From: Planctomycetota bacterium
GTDB taxonomy: Bacteria; Planctomycetota; UBA1135
Assembly (NCBI GenBank): GCA_003696625.1
Contig: RFGR01000132.1
Coordinates: forward strand, 1,909-65,908
Reading direction: 5' to 3'
DNA: 64,000 nucleotides
Shown here in pieces: positions 16,872-26,500 of this stretch. The position numbers and the translations under genes are program-made. The notes under the pieces are model-generated. The model was given only the letters and a program-made list of their open reading frames with translations, had not been told where the DNA came from and did not search any database. Within the stretch, counting starts at the first letter, position 1; each line of letters opens with the position of its first letter.

Positions 16872-19800
16872 CTACCAGACCAGCGGCACCTTGATCAGGT
16901 GCAGGCTGGGACGCTCGCTGTTCACGGTCACGCCGCCGCCGCCGGCATTGATGTCGAAGGTGACCCGGTAGCGGAGGAAGCGCTTGCCGACCAGATCAGC
17001 CAGGTCGCTGGTCCAGGCGGTCGGAGTGCCGGGCAGGCCCGAGCCGGCGACCGCCTCGTCCGCTCCCTGGAACTCGAACACCACCGAGGCCGAGTCGGGC
17101 AGGCGGGCCTTCTGACCGGAGGTCTCGATCCGGAAGAACTTGGGCCGCAGCTCCCAGACCGGATTGCCGGGATTCACGGCCAGCAGCATGCTGCCGTCGG
17201 CCTCGAGGGTGGTCAGGGTGAGTCGGTCGGCGGCCCGGTTGTAGCTGGCCGAGACGACCTCGAAGGTGGCGCTGCCCGTACTGTCGGGCAGGAAGTCGTA
17301 GCCGACCAGCAGCGCCGGGTTGCGCTCGAACATCCGGGCCGTGGTGATCGACCCGAAGGCGGCGGAGACGTTCGGCAACACGACCTGGTGGGCGCTGTAA
17401 GAGGCGCCGTTGACCCCGACGTTGCTGCCGCTCGCGATCGCCGCCAGCGGCACCACCATCGAGTTGGCTCGGTTGACCGAGCCGTCGGTGGTCGAGATGC
17501 CCTGGAAGGCGAGCAGCGAGTGGGCGTAGTCCGGGTAGTCGTTGGCCGGGATCGGATCGCGCAGACCGGCCAGGCCGGTGTCGATCCACTTGGACTGGAA
17601 CTGCGACTTGGGCGCGAAGTCCGGAATCAGCGCGTAGGGCCGCGGCTCGAAGTAGAGGTCGAGCATCTCCTCGAGCCGATCGGTGTCGATCGGCCCGTCG
17701 ACCACCCCGTGGCGCAGGTAGTCGAGGATCGCGGCCTCGGCGTCGGGGTGCCAGCCGATGTCGGTGGCCGGTTCCGGCACGTGAACCTGGATGACGCCGT
17801 TGGCGCCGGCGCCGCCGCGGCCGATCATGAAGTCGGAGTTGCCGTCGGGGGTGCCGCCGCTGAGGGTGATCTCCTCCGAGTAGGCCCAGCCGCGCCGGCC
17901 GCCGAGGGCCTGGCAGACCTCGGGGGCGACCGCCGGCGGCGAGTTGACCGGGTCGGTGCCGACGTCGATGCCGGACAGGTCCAGGCCGGTGGCCGACTGC
18001 AGGATGATGTGGCCGCCGGCGCCGCCGCCGGAGCCGGAGACTTGGCGGGTCAGATTGGTCGACCCCTCGCCGAGCGACTCACCGCCGTTGCCGGAGCCGC
18101 CGTTGGCGAGCAGCTGGCAGTTCGGACCGAGGATGATCGGGCCGACGGCGAGGATCTGGACCTGGCCGCCGCCGCCGCCGCCGGGCGCGCCCTTCCAGTA
18201 CCGGAAGGTCCAACCGTAGGGGAAGTTGGCGTCCGGGAAGAAGGTGGCGAGCGGATCGAGGAAGTTGTCGCCGTCCAGGTCGAGCCGCCAGACCAGCGAG
18301 GCGTCGCCGCTGGCGCCGCCGCCGGCGCCGGCCCAGGGGGCGGTCAGCTCGCCCTCGGTCCGGGTGCCGGTGTAGGGATTCCAGCGGCTGCCGAGGAAGT
18401 CGTCGTCGACCAGGCCGGAGAAGATCGGGTTCTGGGCGAAGCCCGGATCCGGGCCGTTGGTCGGGTGGCCGAACTTGAACGGCGGGGTGGCCTGGGTGGT
18501 CCAGGCCGGATCGAAGCCGTCGACGCGGTCGTTGGCGTCCTCGTCGTAGGCCTGCTCCTCCATGCCGAGGCCGCCGTAGTCGTCGTCGTTGTTGGCCAGC
18601 GGCGGCGGCGGCGACAGGGGCGAGTCCTGGTAGCTGTTGCCGCGCTTGCCGTCCTCGGCGCCGGTGAAGTAGGCCTCGATGTCGGCCTGGGTCGCGAAGT
18701 GGGTGTGGCGGTCGGAGCGGACGTCCGGACCGGCGTCGTCGTGCGAGTCGGGGTTGGCCACCCCGCTCCAGCGGTCCCAGGTCACGGCCCGGTTCGGCCC
18801 GGCGGCGAACTGGCCGCCGGCACCGCCGCCGGCGATCAGGGAATAGCCCTGGTTCTTCACCACCCCGGTCGAGGTCCAGTTCACGCAGCCCTCGCCCCCG
18901 CCGCCGCCGAGGCCGAGGCCGAAGGCGCCGGTGCCGGAGCCGCCGCGCAGGGTCTCGGTGGCGGTCTCGTAGGAGGCGTCGCCGCCGGCGCCCCCACCCG
19001 GGCCGCCGGCGCCGCCGGGTTCGGGAACGGTCGGCTGGGACAGGGCCTGCGGCGTGAGCGCGTCCTCGCCGCTGGCGTCGAGAACCCCGAGGATCGACAC
19101 CGTGCCGGTGGCGTAGATGATCAGCGGGTTGTCGCCGTGGGCGGTGACGACCGCGTTCTCCTCGATCGTGAAGTCGTCCACCTCGAGGACGCCGTCGACC
19201 ATGGTGAAGTTGCGCCCGTTCGAATCCTGGAAGGAGATCGTGCCGGAGGTGTCGAGATCGAGGGTGGCGAAACCGGCCAGCACGAAGTCATGGTCGGCCG
19301 GCGGCGGCTGGCCCGGGAAGTCGAAGCTGGCCGTCATGCTGCCGGTCGAGAAGTCGGCCGGCGGGAAGGCCAGGGCCGCGGTCGGGTCGACGAAGGTGCT
19401 CGAGGAGAAGTCCTCGACGATCTCGTCGACCGTCTCGTCGGCCTCGTTCCAGTTCGGATCGTTGTAGTAGGCGGTGAGGGTCGGGGTGGCGTGCGACGCG
19501 GAGGCGAGTTCCTGCGAATTCGTCTCCCCGGCCAGGTCCTGGAAGTCGGAAGAGACCCGCACCTGGAGGTTCCGGTTCGGCGGCAGGATACCGGCGATCT
19601 GGAACTGGATCAGGGCCCCCGTCGGCGTGCAGTTGTCGATCAGGACCAGGCGCCCCGGCACCTTGTTGGTGGGACTGAAACTGTTCTCGTTGCCGGAGCC
19701 GATCTCGCCGTCGGAATAGAGCACGAACAGACGGTCGGTGTTCAGATTGTCCGGCGAGGCGTCGATCGACTGGTTGAAGCGGATCTCGATCGCGCTCTCG

Positions 19801-20408
19801 CCGCCGGCCGAGAACAGGTTCAGTCCGTCCGGGAAGACCACCGGATCGACGGCGGCGAAGCGCGGCGGCCCGACCGTGGTATCGATGAACAGCGGCTCGA
19901 CCGGGTCGATCGGGGTGCGGAAAGAGCGGGTCAGGCCGATCTTCAGCCCGTGCCCGGCCTGGTCGCGAACGACCGCGTGGCCGAAGCTGTTCACCGTCGG
20001 CAGGGCGATCTCGTAGTGGTAGCCGCCCGGAACGAAGGCGCCGTTCGCGTTCTGCAGGTCGGTCGGGCAAGCCGGCTGGAAGACGACCACCCGGCCTTCG
20101 GAGCCGGCCCGCAGGTAGAAGCTGCCGGTCACCGGCTGGCCCTGCACCTCGGGATCGACCGGGCGGATCAGGATCGAGCTGAAGCCGAGCGAGTCCGGAT
20201 CGACCGGGTGGTTGAAGGTGATGACGATCGGCCGGTTCAGGGCCCAGACGTCGCCGTCGTTCATGTTGATCGACTCGACCTGGAAGGTGCCGGCGTTGGC
20301 CGCCTGGTTGCGGCTGATCGACGAGCCGCCGCCGCAGGAGGCGAGCAGGAGACCGGCGCAGGCGAGAAGACCGAGAAGCGGGGAAGGGGCGTGGGGGGGC
20401 CTGGTCAT
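16872..20408 (-). CDS. giant lipoprotein C (1178 aa): Ig-like N-terminus, Gly-rich beta-helix-like core, unassigned family
   Basis: ATG at 20408 is in frame with ORF 16872..21824 and lies 5 nt after the stop of B. N-terminus MTRPPHAPSPLLGLLACAGLLLASC-GGG. Motifs NRPIVITFNHPVDPDSL and AIEIRFNQSIDASPDNL. Gly-rich blocks include EPGGAGGPGGGAGGDASY, GLGGGGGEG, GAPGGGGGGQVQILAVG, SGSGGGAGGHIILQSATG and GRGGAGANGVIQVHV. C-terminus KRFLRYRVTFD...LIKVPLVW. Confidence 0.85.
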   Translation of the reverse strand: MTRPPHAPSPLLGLLACAGLLLASCGGGSSISRNQAANAGTFQVESINMNDGDVWALNRPIVITFNHPVDPDSLGFSSILIRPVDPEVQGQPVTGSFYLRAGSEGRVVVFQPACPTDLQNANGAFVPGGYHYEIALPTVNSFGHAVVRDQAGHGLKIGLTRSFRTPIDPVEPLFIDTTVGPPRFAAVDPVVFPDGLNLFSAGGESAIEIRFNQSIDASPDNLNTDRLFVLYSDGEIGSGNENSFSPTNKVPGRLVLIDNCTPTGALIQFQIAGILPPNRNLQVRVSSDFQDLAGETNSQELASASHATPTLTAYYNDPNWNEADETVDEIVEDFSSSTFVDPTAALAFPPADFSTGSMTASFDFPGQPPPADHDFVLAGFATLDLDTSGTISFQDSNGRNFTMVDGVLEVDDFTIEENAVVTAHGDNPLIIYATGTVSILGVLDASGEDALTPQALSQPTVPEPGGAGGPGGGAGGDASYETATETLRGGSGTGAFGLGLGGGGGEGCVNWTSTGVVKNQGYSLIAGGGAGGQFAAGPNRAVTWDRWSGVANPDSHDDAGPDVRSDRHTHFATQADIEAYFTGAEDGKRGNSYQDSPLSPPPPLANNDDDYGGLGMEEQAYDEDANDRVDGFDPAWTTQATPPFKFGHPTNGPDPGFAQNPIFSGLVDDDFLGSRWNPYTGTRTEGELTAPWAGAGGGASGDASLVWRLDLDGDNFLDPLATFFPDANFPYGWTFRYWKGAPGGGGGGQVQILAVGPIILGPNCQLLANGGSGNGGESLGEGSTNLTRQVSGSGGGAGGHIILQSATGLDLSGIDVGTDPVNSPPAVAPEVCQALGGRRGWAYSEEITLSGGTPDGNSDFMIGRGGAGANGVIQVHVPEPATDIGWHPDAEAAILDYLRHGVVDGPIDTDRLEEMLDLYFEPRPYALIPDFAPKSQFQSKWIDTGLAGLRDPIPANDYPDYAHSLLAFQGISTTDGSVNRANSMVVPLAAIASGSNVGVNGASYSAHQVVLPNVSAAFGSITTARMFERNPALLVGYDFLPDSTGSATFEVVSASYNRAADRLTLTTLEADGSMLLAVNPGNPVWELRPKFFRIETSGQKARLPDSASVVFEFQGADEAVAGSGLPGTPTAWTSDLADLVGKRFLRYRVTFDINAGGGGVTVNSERPSLHLIKVPLVW

Positions 20409-20413
20409 TTCTG

Positions 20414-23400
20414 TTACTGCACGCTCCAGGACATGCCGAGAGCGTCCAGTTCCGGCGAGAGGTTCTGTTCGATGTTCGACACGAAGGTGAGGCGGAACTG
20501 GAAGAACTTGTAGTCCCGTCCGCCGGGGTCGTTCAGCAGGCTCTGGATGTTCGAGCGCCAACCGGTGGTGTCGCTCATGGCGCCGCAGCCCGTGTCCGGG
20601 TATTCGCCGTAAAAGTCGAGCTGGCCGGCGTCGTCGAGCGGCGACGGGGCGCCGCCGCAGTTGTTGGCCACTTCGACGCCGCGAACGTGGATCTGGACCT
20701 CGGTGTTGGGCGGCTGGAACTCCGGAGCCGGTTCCTGGATCAGCGGGGTGATCGCGGTCGGCACGCCGCCGAACGAGAACCAGTGGGTGTAGACCCGCGA
20801 GATCCGCAGCACGAAGTCCACCTGATGCCAGTAGAGCTCGGGGCCGTAGCCCTTGGTCCGGGCTCCGGTCGTGGTGTTGTAGCCGCCCTGGGGGTTCATG
20901 CCGCCGGACTGGCGGTCGTCCGGCAGCACCTGGTGCCAGTTGCCGCCGGCGTCGCGGCCGCCGGCCGAGAAGACCCGGAAAGCAGGCAGCGCCGACGAAC
21001 CGCACATGATCTGGACCTGGAAGCCGTTGGCGCCGTAGAAGTTGCCGCGCGGCCAGGCCCGGAAGCGGGCCAGCAACGGCAGCCCGATCGAGGGGATCTC
21101 GTTGGCGGCGAAGACTTTGTTGCCGAGCTGGACCGTGTCCGGCGGCACGCCGGGGCCGGCCTTGCCGCCCAGATAGGCCGGGCCGTCGAGATTGGCCTTC
21201 GAGCGGATGCCGGTGTCGCGGTAGGTGTAGGTGGTGGTGAAGTCGCCCCAGGGCATGTACTTGTTGCCGCTGACGGCGGTGAACACCTTGGTCGCGGTCA
21301 GCTGGTAGGAGCCGCTCCAGGTCACGACCTCGTCCAGGTCCGGAAAGCCGAGGATGCTGTCGTCGAAGTCGTTGTTCCGGCGCAGACCGGAGTTCGGCCA
21401 GCTCGGATAGCCGGAGGACGGACTGATGTAGTCGTCTGGCGACCGGACGGCGTGGGACAGGGCCAGCGAGAAGGCGTGGAAGTTGTCCTCGAGCACGTTG
21501 CCGCCGAACGGGGCCCAGTTCAAGCCTTCGACGTCCAGGTTGAACTCGGCCACCGAGAGCAGGCCGAGGCCCAGGATGTGGTACGGCCAGCAGGTCATCA
21601 GCACCGCCCCGGTCGGGGTCAGCGGCGTCATGATGCCCTGCGAGAACTGGATCCGCTGGGCGACGAACGGGTTCATCGGGTCCGCCACCCGCGAGAACCG
21701 GACCAGGTCCCGGCCGCGCAGGACGCCCGGCTCGAAGACGAACTGGCCGGCGTACTCGGACCTGCTGTCGCCGTTCTCGTCCAGGCTGTTGAAGCGCAGG
21801 GCGAAGTAGCGGTCGGTCGGCCACGGGGTGTAGGAGCCCGGCGTGATCAGCTCCTGCTGCCCTTCGTTGCCGGCCACGAAGCCGGTGAACGCCAGTTTGT
21901 TGCCGGCCAGGTCCTTGATGCCGTCGTCGCCGTCGCGCAGGGCGATGGCGAAGCGGAGGCCGTTGCCCTCGTCGTGGGCGTCGGTGAAGCCGGCGCTCGG
22001 AGCCAGGGTGAAGGTGCGGCCGTCGGGCGAGATGCCGAGCGGGCCGGACAGGATGCGGCCGCTGCCGGAGCTGGTGCCGGAGACCGAACCGCCGGCGACG
22101 GCGACCGTGTAGCCGAGCTGACGGTCGATGTACTCGCCGACCGTCTCCGGATCGGGATAGCCGAACTGGCGGGCGGCGTAGATCTCGGCCAGGTAGGTGT
22201 CGTCCGGGTCGGCCGGCGGCGACGGATTGACGACGTAGGAGCAGATGATGAACGACTCCAGCGCCTTGACCGTGGACGGGTCGACCGGTTCGCTGAAGGT
22301 GACCGTGACCGAGGAGTAGGGATCGATGCCGCGGGCCGGCAGGCCGTATTCGGGTTCCGGGGTGAAGCGGAGGTAGCAGAGCTGGAGGTCGGCGTCGGCC
22401 GAAGTGTAGCCGGTGGTGATCCGCCCGGTCAGGGGCGATCCGGCGTAGTTGCCGACCGGGATGCTGTCCTCGCCCTCCAGGACCACGCCGGCGACGACGT
22501 AGGCGTTCGGGTCGCCGGCGTCGACGATCCGGGTCACCGTCAGCAGGCCCTGACCGATCTCGAACACGTCCCCCACCTTGGGCGTCAGCGGCCGGCAGCT
22601 GGCCGCGTCGATGGCGTAGGTCAGGGTGCGCGAGCTGCCGGAACCGGCGACGTTGCTGATCGAGACGGCCAGTTCGGCGACCACCGTCGGCCGGATCCGG
22701 TCCTGCATGAAGCCGTTGTAGAGGTCGTTCTCGTTGCCGGTCCGGAAAGCGCGGAGGACGACCTTGTCCAGACCCGGGGTCAGCTCGACCGGGTCGGAGT
22801 CGGTCGGCTGCAGGGTGTGGGTGTGCCCCAGGTTCATCAGCACCTGGAACTGGCCGTTGTCGAAGTCGACCTTGGTCGGGATGCGGATGACCGCGTTCGG
22901 CGTCTCGCTGTCGAGCGAGGCCGGGAAGCCGATCCCGTTCTGGGGAATGCCGAGGGCGGCCTCGTCGAACCTCGAGATGGTCGGGTCGATGATCACCACG
23001 CCCTTCGGCTTGCCGTCCCGGCCGATCACCGAGTTGTCGACGATGTACCGCACTTCCTGGTTGACCACCGGCGGGTCCCCGACCTGGACCTTGATCGTCT
23101 CCGAGTTGACCAGGTTCGGATCGACCATCTCCGAGAACTGGAGCCGGATCGCTCCGTTGCGCGCCACCATGGTGAAGGGCGGCGAGGCGTTCAGGCCCTT
23201 GGTGGAGACGGCCGGCAGGCCCGAGGTGGCCGCGGCCAGCAACTGGTCGAAGGCGGCAGTCCCGGCCGGCTGGTGGATGGTCAGGGTCTGGGACTGGGTG
23301 AGCGGGTTGACGCCGATCGTGTAGGTGCCGGCTTGGTCTTGCAGGCTCTCTCGAATCAGGACGTCGCGGGCGACCAGGGCGCCGTTGACGTCGAGGACGT

Positions 23401-23569
23401 CGACCAGCCGGCCCCAGGTCACCTCCTCGAGGAAGAACTTCGCCCGGCCGCTGCCCGCAATGTTGCTGGCGTCACGCGAGCTGGCGTTGAAGCAGCCGGG
23501 CAGGACGAGGACCAGCAGGGCGCCGGCCAGGCCGACGCGGCGGCAAGCGGAGCGGAGTTCGAAGTTCAT
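20414..23569 (-). CDS. giant lipoprotein B (1051 aa), tandem paralog of A, unassigned family
   Basis: ATG at 23569 is in frame with ORF 20414..25789 and lies 23 nt after the stop of A. N-terminus MNFELRSACRRVGLAGALLVLVLPGC-FNAS. It is collinear with A over its whole length, for example GRLVDVLDVNG, NPLTQSQTL, NGAIRLQFSEMVDPNLV, VTFSEPVDPSTV, LPLLARFRAWPRG, PAFRVFSAGGRDAGGNWHQVLPD, YWHQVDFVLRISRVYTHWF and YKFFQFRLTFV. Confidence 0.85.
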   Translation of the reverse strand: MNFELRSACRRVGLAGALLVLVLPGCFNASSRDASNIAGSGRAKFFLEEVTWGRLVDVLDVNGALVARDVLIRESLQDQAGTYTIGVNPLTQSQTLTIHQPAGTAAFDQLLAAATSGLPAVSTKGLNASPPFTMVARNGAIRLQFSEMVDPNLVNSETIKVQVGDPPVVNQEVRYIVDNSVIGRDGKPKGVVIIDPTISRFDEAALGIPQNGIGFPASLDSETPNAVIRIPTKVDFDNGQFQVLMNLGHTHTLQPTDSDPVELTPGLDKVVLRAFRTGNENDLYNGFMQDRIRPTVVAELAVSISNVAGSGSSRTLTYAIDAASCRPLTPKVGDVFEIGQGLLTVTRIVDAGDPNAYVVAGVVLEGEDSIPVGNYAGSPLTGRITTGYTSADADLQLCYLRFTPEPEYGLPARGIDPYSSVTVTFSEPVDPSTVKALESFIICSYVVNPSPPADPDDTYLAEIYAARQFGYPDPETVGEYIDRQLGYTVAVAGGSVSGTSSGSGRILSGPLGISPDGRTFTLAPSAGFTDAHDEGNGLRFAIALRDGDDGIKDLAGNKLAFTGFVAGNEGQQELITPGSYTPWPTDRYFALRFNSLDENGDSRSEYAGQFVFEPGVLRGRDLVRFSRVADPMNPFVAQRIQFSQGIMTPLTPTGAVLMTCWPYHILGLGLLSVAEFNLDVEGLNWAPFGGNVLEDNFHAFSLALSHAVRSPDDYISPSSGYPSWPNSGLRRNNDFDDSILGFPDLDEVVTWSGSYQLTATKVFTAVSGNKYMPWGDFTTTYTYRDTGIRSKANLDGPAYLGGKAGPGVPPDTVQLGNKVFAANEIPSIGLPLLARFRAWPRGNFYGANGFQVQIMCGSSALPAFRVFSAGGRDAGGNWHQVLPDDRQSGGMNPQGGYNTTTGARTKGYGPELYWHQVDFVLRISRVYTHWFSFGGVPTAITPLIQEPAPEFQPPNTEVQIHVRGVEVANNCGGAPSPLDDAGQLDFYGEYPDTGCGAMSDTTGWRSNIQSLLNDPGGRDYKFFQFRLTFVSNIEQNLSPELDALGMSWSVQ

Positions 23570-23592
23570 GGCGGAGCGGTGCGGCGTGTGCG

Positions 23593-26500
23593 TCAGCCGA
23601 GCCGCCAGGCCAGCCCGAGGCCGTCGAGAACGGCCTGGTTGCCCCGGTCGACGTCGTTGACGAAGGTGATCCGGATCTGCAGGAAGCGGTAGTTGTGCCC
23701 CTCCAGGTCGGTGAAGTCCGAGGTCCAGTCCCCGGGGGTCGAGACCTGGCCGCTGGCGTTGTCGTAGTCGCCGTAGAAACCGAAGCCGGTCGCGGCGCTG
23801 AGCAGCGGCGACGGATCGGTGGTCGGGTTGTTCGGGTGGTCGACCTGGACGGCGCCGCGATACTCGATCTGCACCGAGGTGCCGACCGGTTGATTGCCGA
23901 TCTCCGGCTCGAGCTGGACGCCGACCACCTGGCCCGGGCCGAGGGTGCCGCCCATGTCGAACCAGTGGGTGTAGACCCGCGAAACCTTGAGCACGAAGTC
24001 CACCTCGGTCCAGTAGAACAGCGGGTCGGTCGGGTCGGTCGGCTGGCCGGTGCCGACCACGTAGCCGCCGACCGGTTGGGTACCGCCCTTGGCAGCGTTG
24101 TCCGGAATGACCTGGTGCCACTGGCCGGAGGCGTCCTGGCCGCCTTCGGAGTAGATCCGGAAGGCCGGCACCGAAGTCTGGACGTTCTGGGTCAGCAGGG
24201 CGGTGGTCTGGAACTTGTTCGTACCCAGGCGCTCGCCGCGCGGGTAGCAGCGGAAACGGGCCAGCAGCGGCAGGGCGATCGACGGCGCCTTCCCGGCGCC
24301 GTAGAGGCCGGCGTCGGGGTGGGTCGAGGTGGCGGCGCCGATCGACAGCGGCGATTCGGCGGTGCCGGTGTAGCTCGGCGGGATGGTCGTGTCCCGCCAG
24401 GTGTAGGTGTCCTGGAAGTCCGGCAGCGGCAGCATCGTGTTGCCGGAGTCGGAGGTGAACAGGTTCAGGCTCGAGATCGAGTAGCTGGAGTCGAAGACGA
24501 TCTTCTCGTCGAAGTCCGGGTAGCCGAGGATGTTGGCGTCGAAGCTCTCGGTCACCAGGCCGGAGAAGGGCCAGATGATCACGCCGTTGATGACCTGCTC
24601 GTCCGGCATGTATTTGGCGTGGGCCAGGGCGAGCGAGAAGCGCGGGTAGAGGTCGTCGAAGACCACGCCGCCGAGCGGCACCCAGCTCATGCCGGCGACG
24701 TCGAGGTTGAATTCGCCCAGGTTGCGGTAGCCGAAGCCGAGGTCGTGCGGCCGGATGGTGGTCATGACCACCGCCCCGGCCGGCGACAGCGGCGCGTAGG
24801 GCGGGTTCCAGACCGGAACCGTGCTGGCGTTGACCGAGATGCCGGCGCCGACGTACTGGTTGGTGTTGTCGGCGTCCCGGGAGAAGCCCTCGGCCGCCCG
24901 ACCGGTCAGCTTGCCGGTCTGGTAGCCGACCTGGCCGGTGTATTCGGGCTGGCCGTCGTCGTCCTCGTCGAGGCCGTTGGCGCGCAGGGAGAAGGCCTTG
25001 GTCCGGTTGGCGGCGGTCAAGCCGCCGCCGCCGACCACGGTGAGCTGGTTCTCGACCGCCACCGAGGGCAGCGGGGTGCCGGCGACGAAACCGCTCAGGT
25101 CGACCGGGTTGCCGGCCATGTCCGTGATCCCGTCCGGACCGCCGCGCAGGGCGACCGCGAACTGGAGGAAGGGGTCGCTGTTGGGTTCGGCCATCCCGGT
25201 CAGCGGCGTCAGGGCGAAGCTGCGCGAGTCGATGTCGGCCTCGAGCGGACCGAACAGCACCCGGCCGCCGAACTCCGAACTCGCCAGGGTGCCGGTGGGG
25301 CCGACCTTGAGGTGGTAGCCCCGCTGGCGGTCGATGTAGTCGGCGACGGACTCGGTCGGGAACAGGGTCGGATGGCGGTAGTAGGCGGCCTCGGCGCCGA
25401 AGGCGTCGTCCATCTCGAAGGCCGTCACGACGAAGGAATGCATCGAGGTGACGGTGCGGGGATCGATCGGCTCGCTGAAGGTGGCCCGGATCTGGGTGTT
25501 GAACGGATCCAGCGCCAGCGGCTGGCCGGGGGTATAGACCGGATCGGGGGTGATCCCGAGGTAGCAGACCTGCAGGTTGGCGTCGGCGATCGTGTAGGCG
25601 GTGTTGAGGCGGGCGGCGAGGGACAGGCCGGTCCCGGGCGGCAGGCCGCTGGCCGGGTCGGCCGGCTCCAGCATTCGGCCGCGGACGACGTACGCGGCCG
25701 GGTTGCCCGAGCTGAGGACGGCGGTGACCAGGAGCAAGGCGTCGGAGAAGTCGAAGACGTCCCCCGGCTTGGGCGTCATGTCCCGGCAATAGGCGGTGTC
25801 GATCGAATAGGTCAGCTCCCGGATCGGCGAGCTGGTGCCGTTCGGGGCCGCGACCTCGGCGACGGTGACGTCCTGGATGCCGATCAGCTTCGGCGGGATG
25901 AGATCCTCGAGGAAGCCGCGGAACTCGTCCTGGTCGTTGCCGGCCCGGAAGACCTGGACCAGCACCGGGAAGCCGCCGCCGCTGGTCTCGATCGGGTCGG
26001 AGAAGCGGTTCTTGATCGTCCGGTTGCCCTTGAGGTTGGTCAGCACCACCGGCTGGCCGTAGAGCAGATCCTTCTCGGTCGGGATCCGGATCTTGATGTT
26101 GTCGTTGACGCCGTCGAGCGAGGCCGGCCAGCCGGTCGGGTTGGCCGGCAGGCCGAGGGTCGCGGACTCGCGGGCACTGATCGTCGGGTCGAGGATCACG
26201 ATGCCGGTCCGGGTCCGGCGGTCGTTCTTGACCACCATCCGCACGGTCAGCTCCTCCAGATTGGATCCGGCACCGTTGAAGACCTGGATCGAGGACGGCG
26301 TCACCGTGGCCGGGTCGAGCTGGTCGGAGAAGCGAAGCTGGATGGCGGCGTTCCGCGGCACCATCGTGTAGGGCGGCGGATCGAAGGCGCCCTTCCGGTC
26401 GAGGGGCTCGAGCCCCGTCTTGGCCGCGTTCAGGAGGATCGTGAAGCCGCCGGCGGACCGGGGCTGGAGGATCTTGAGGGTCTCCTCCTGAGTCAGCGGA

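Noticed and set aside
16872-20408. GGA[ILV] motifs in C and D as a sign of chlamydial Pmp-type autotransporters
   Set aside because: Only a handful of such motifs occur. There are no FxxN repeats and no C-terminal autotransporter barrel, and the proteins carry lipoboxes instead.
15507-20513. 1668-aa plus-strand ORF antisense to pilD and lipoprotein C; likewise 6936..10031 (+), 20687..23692 (+) and 23695..27039 (+) antisense to D, B and A
   Set aside because: The translations are low-complexity G/A/V/D/E/R strings that mirror the codon periodicity of the opposite-strand genes. The minus-strand products have signal peptides, lipoboxes and conserved paralogous motifs.
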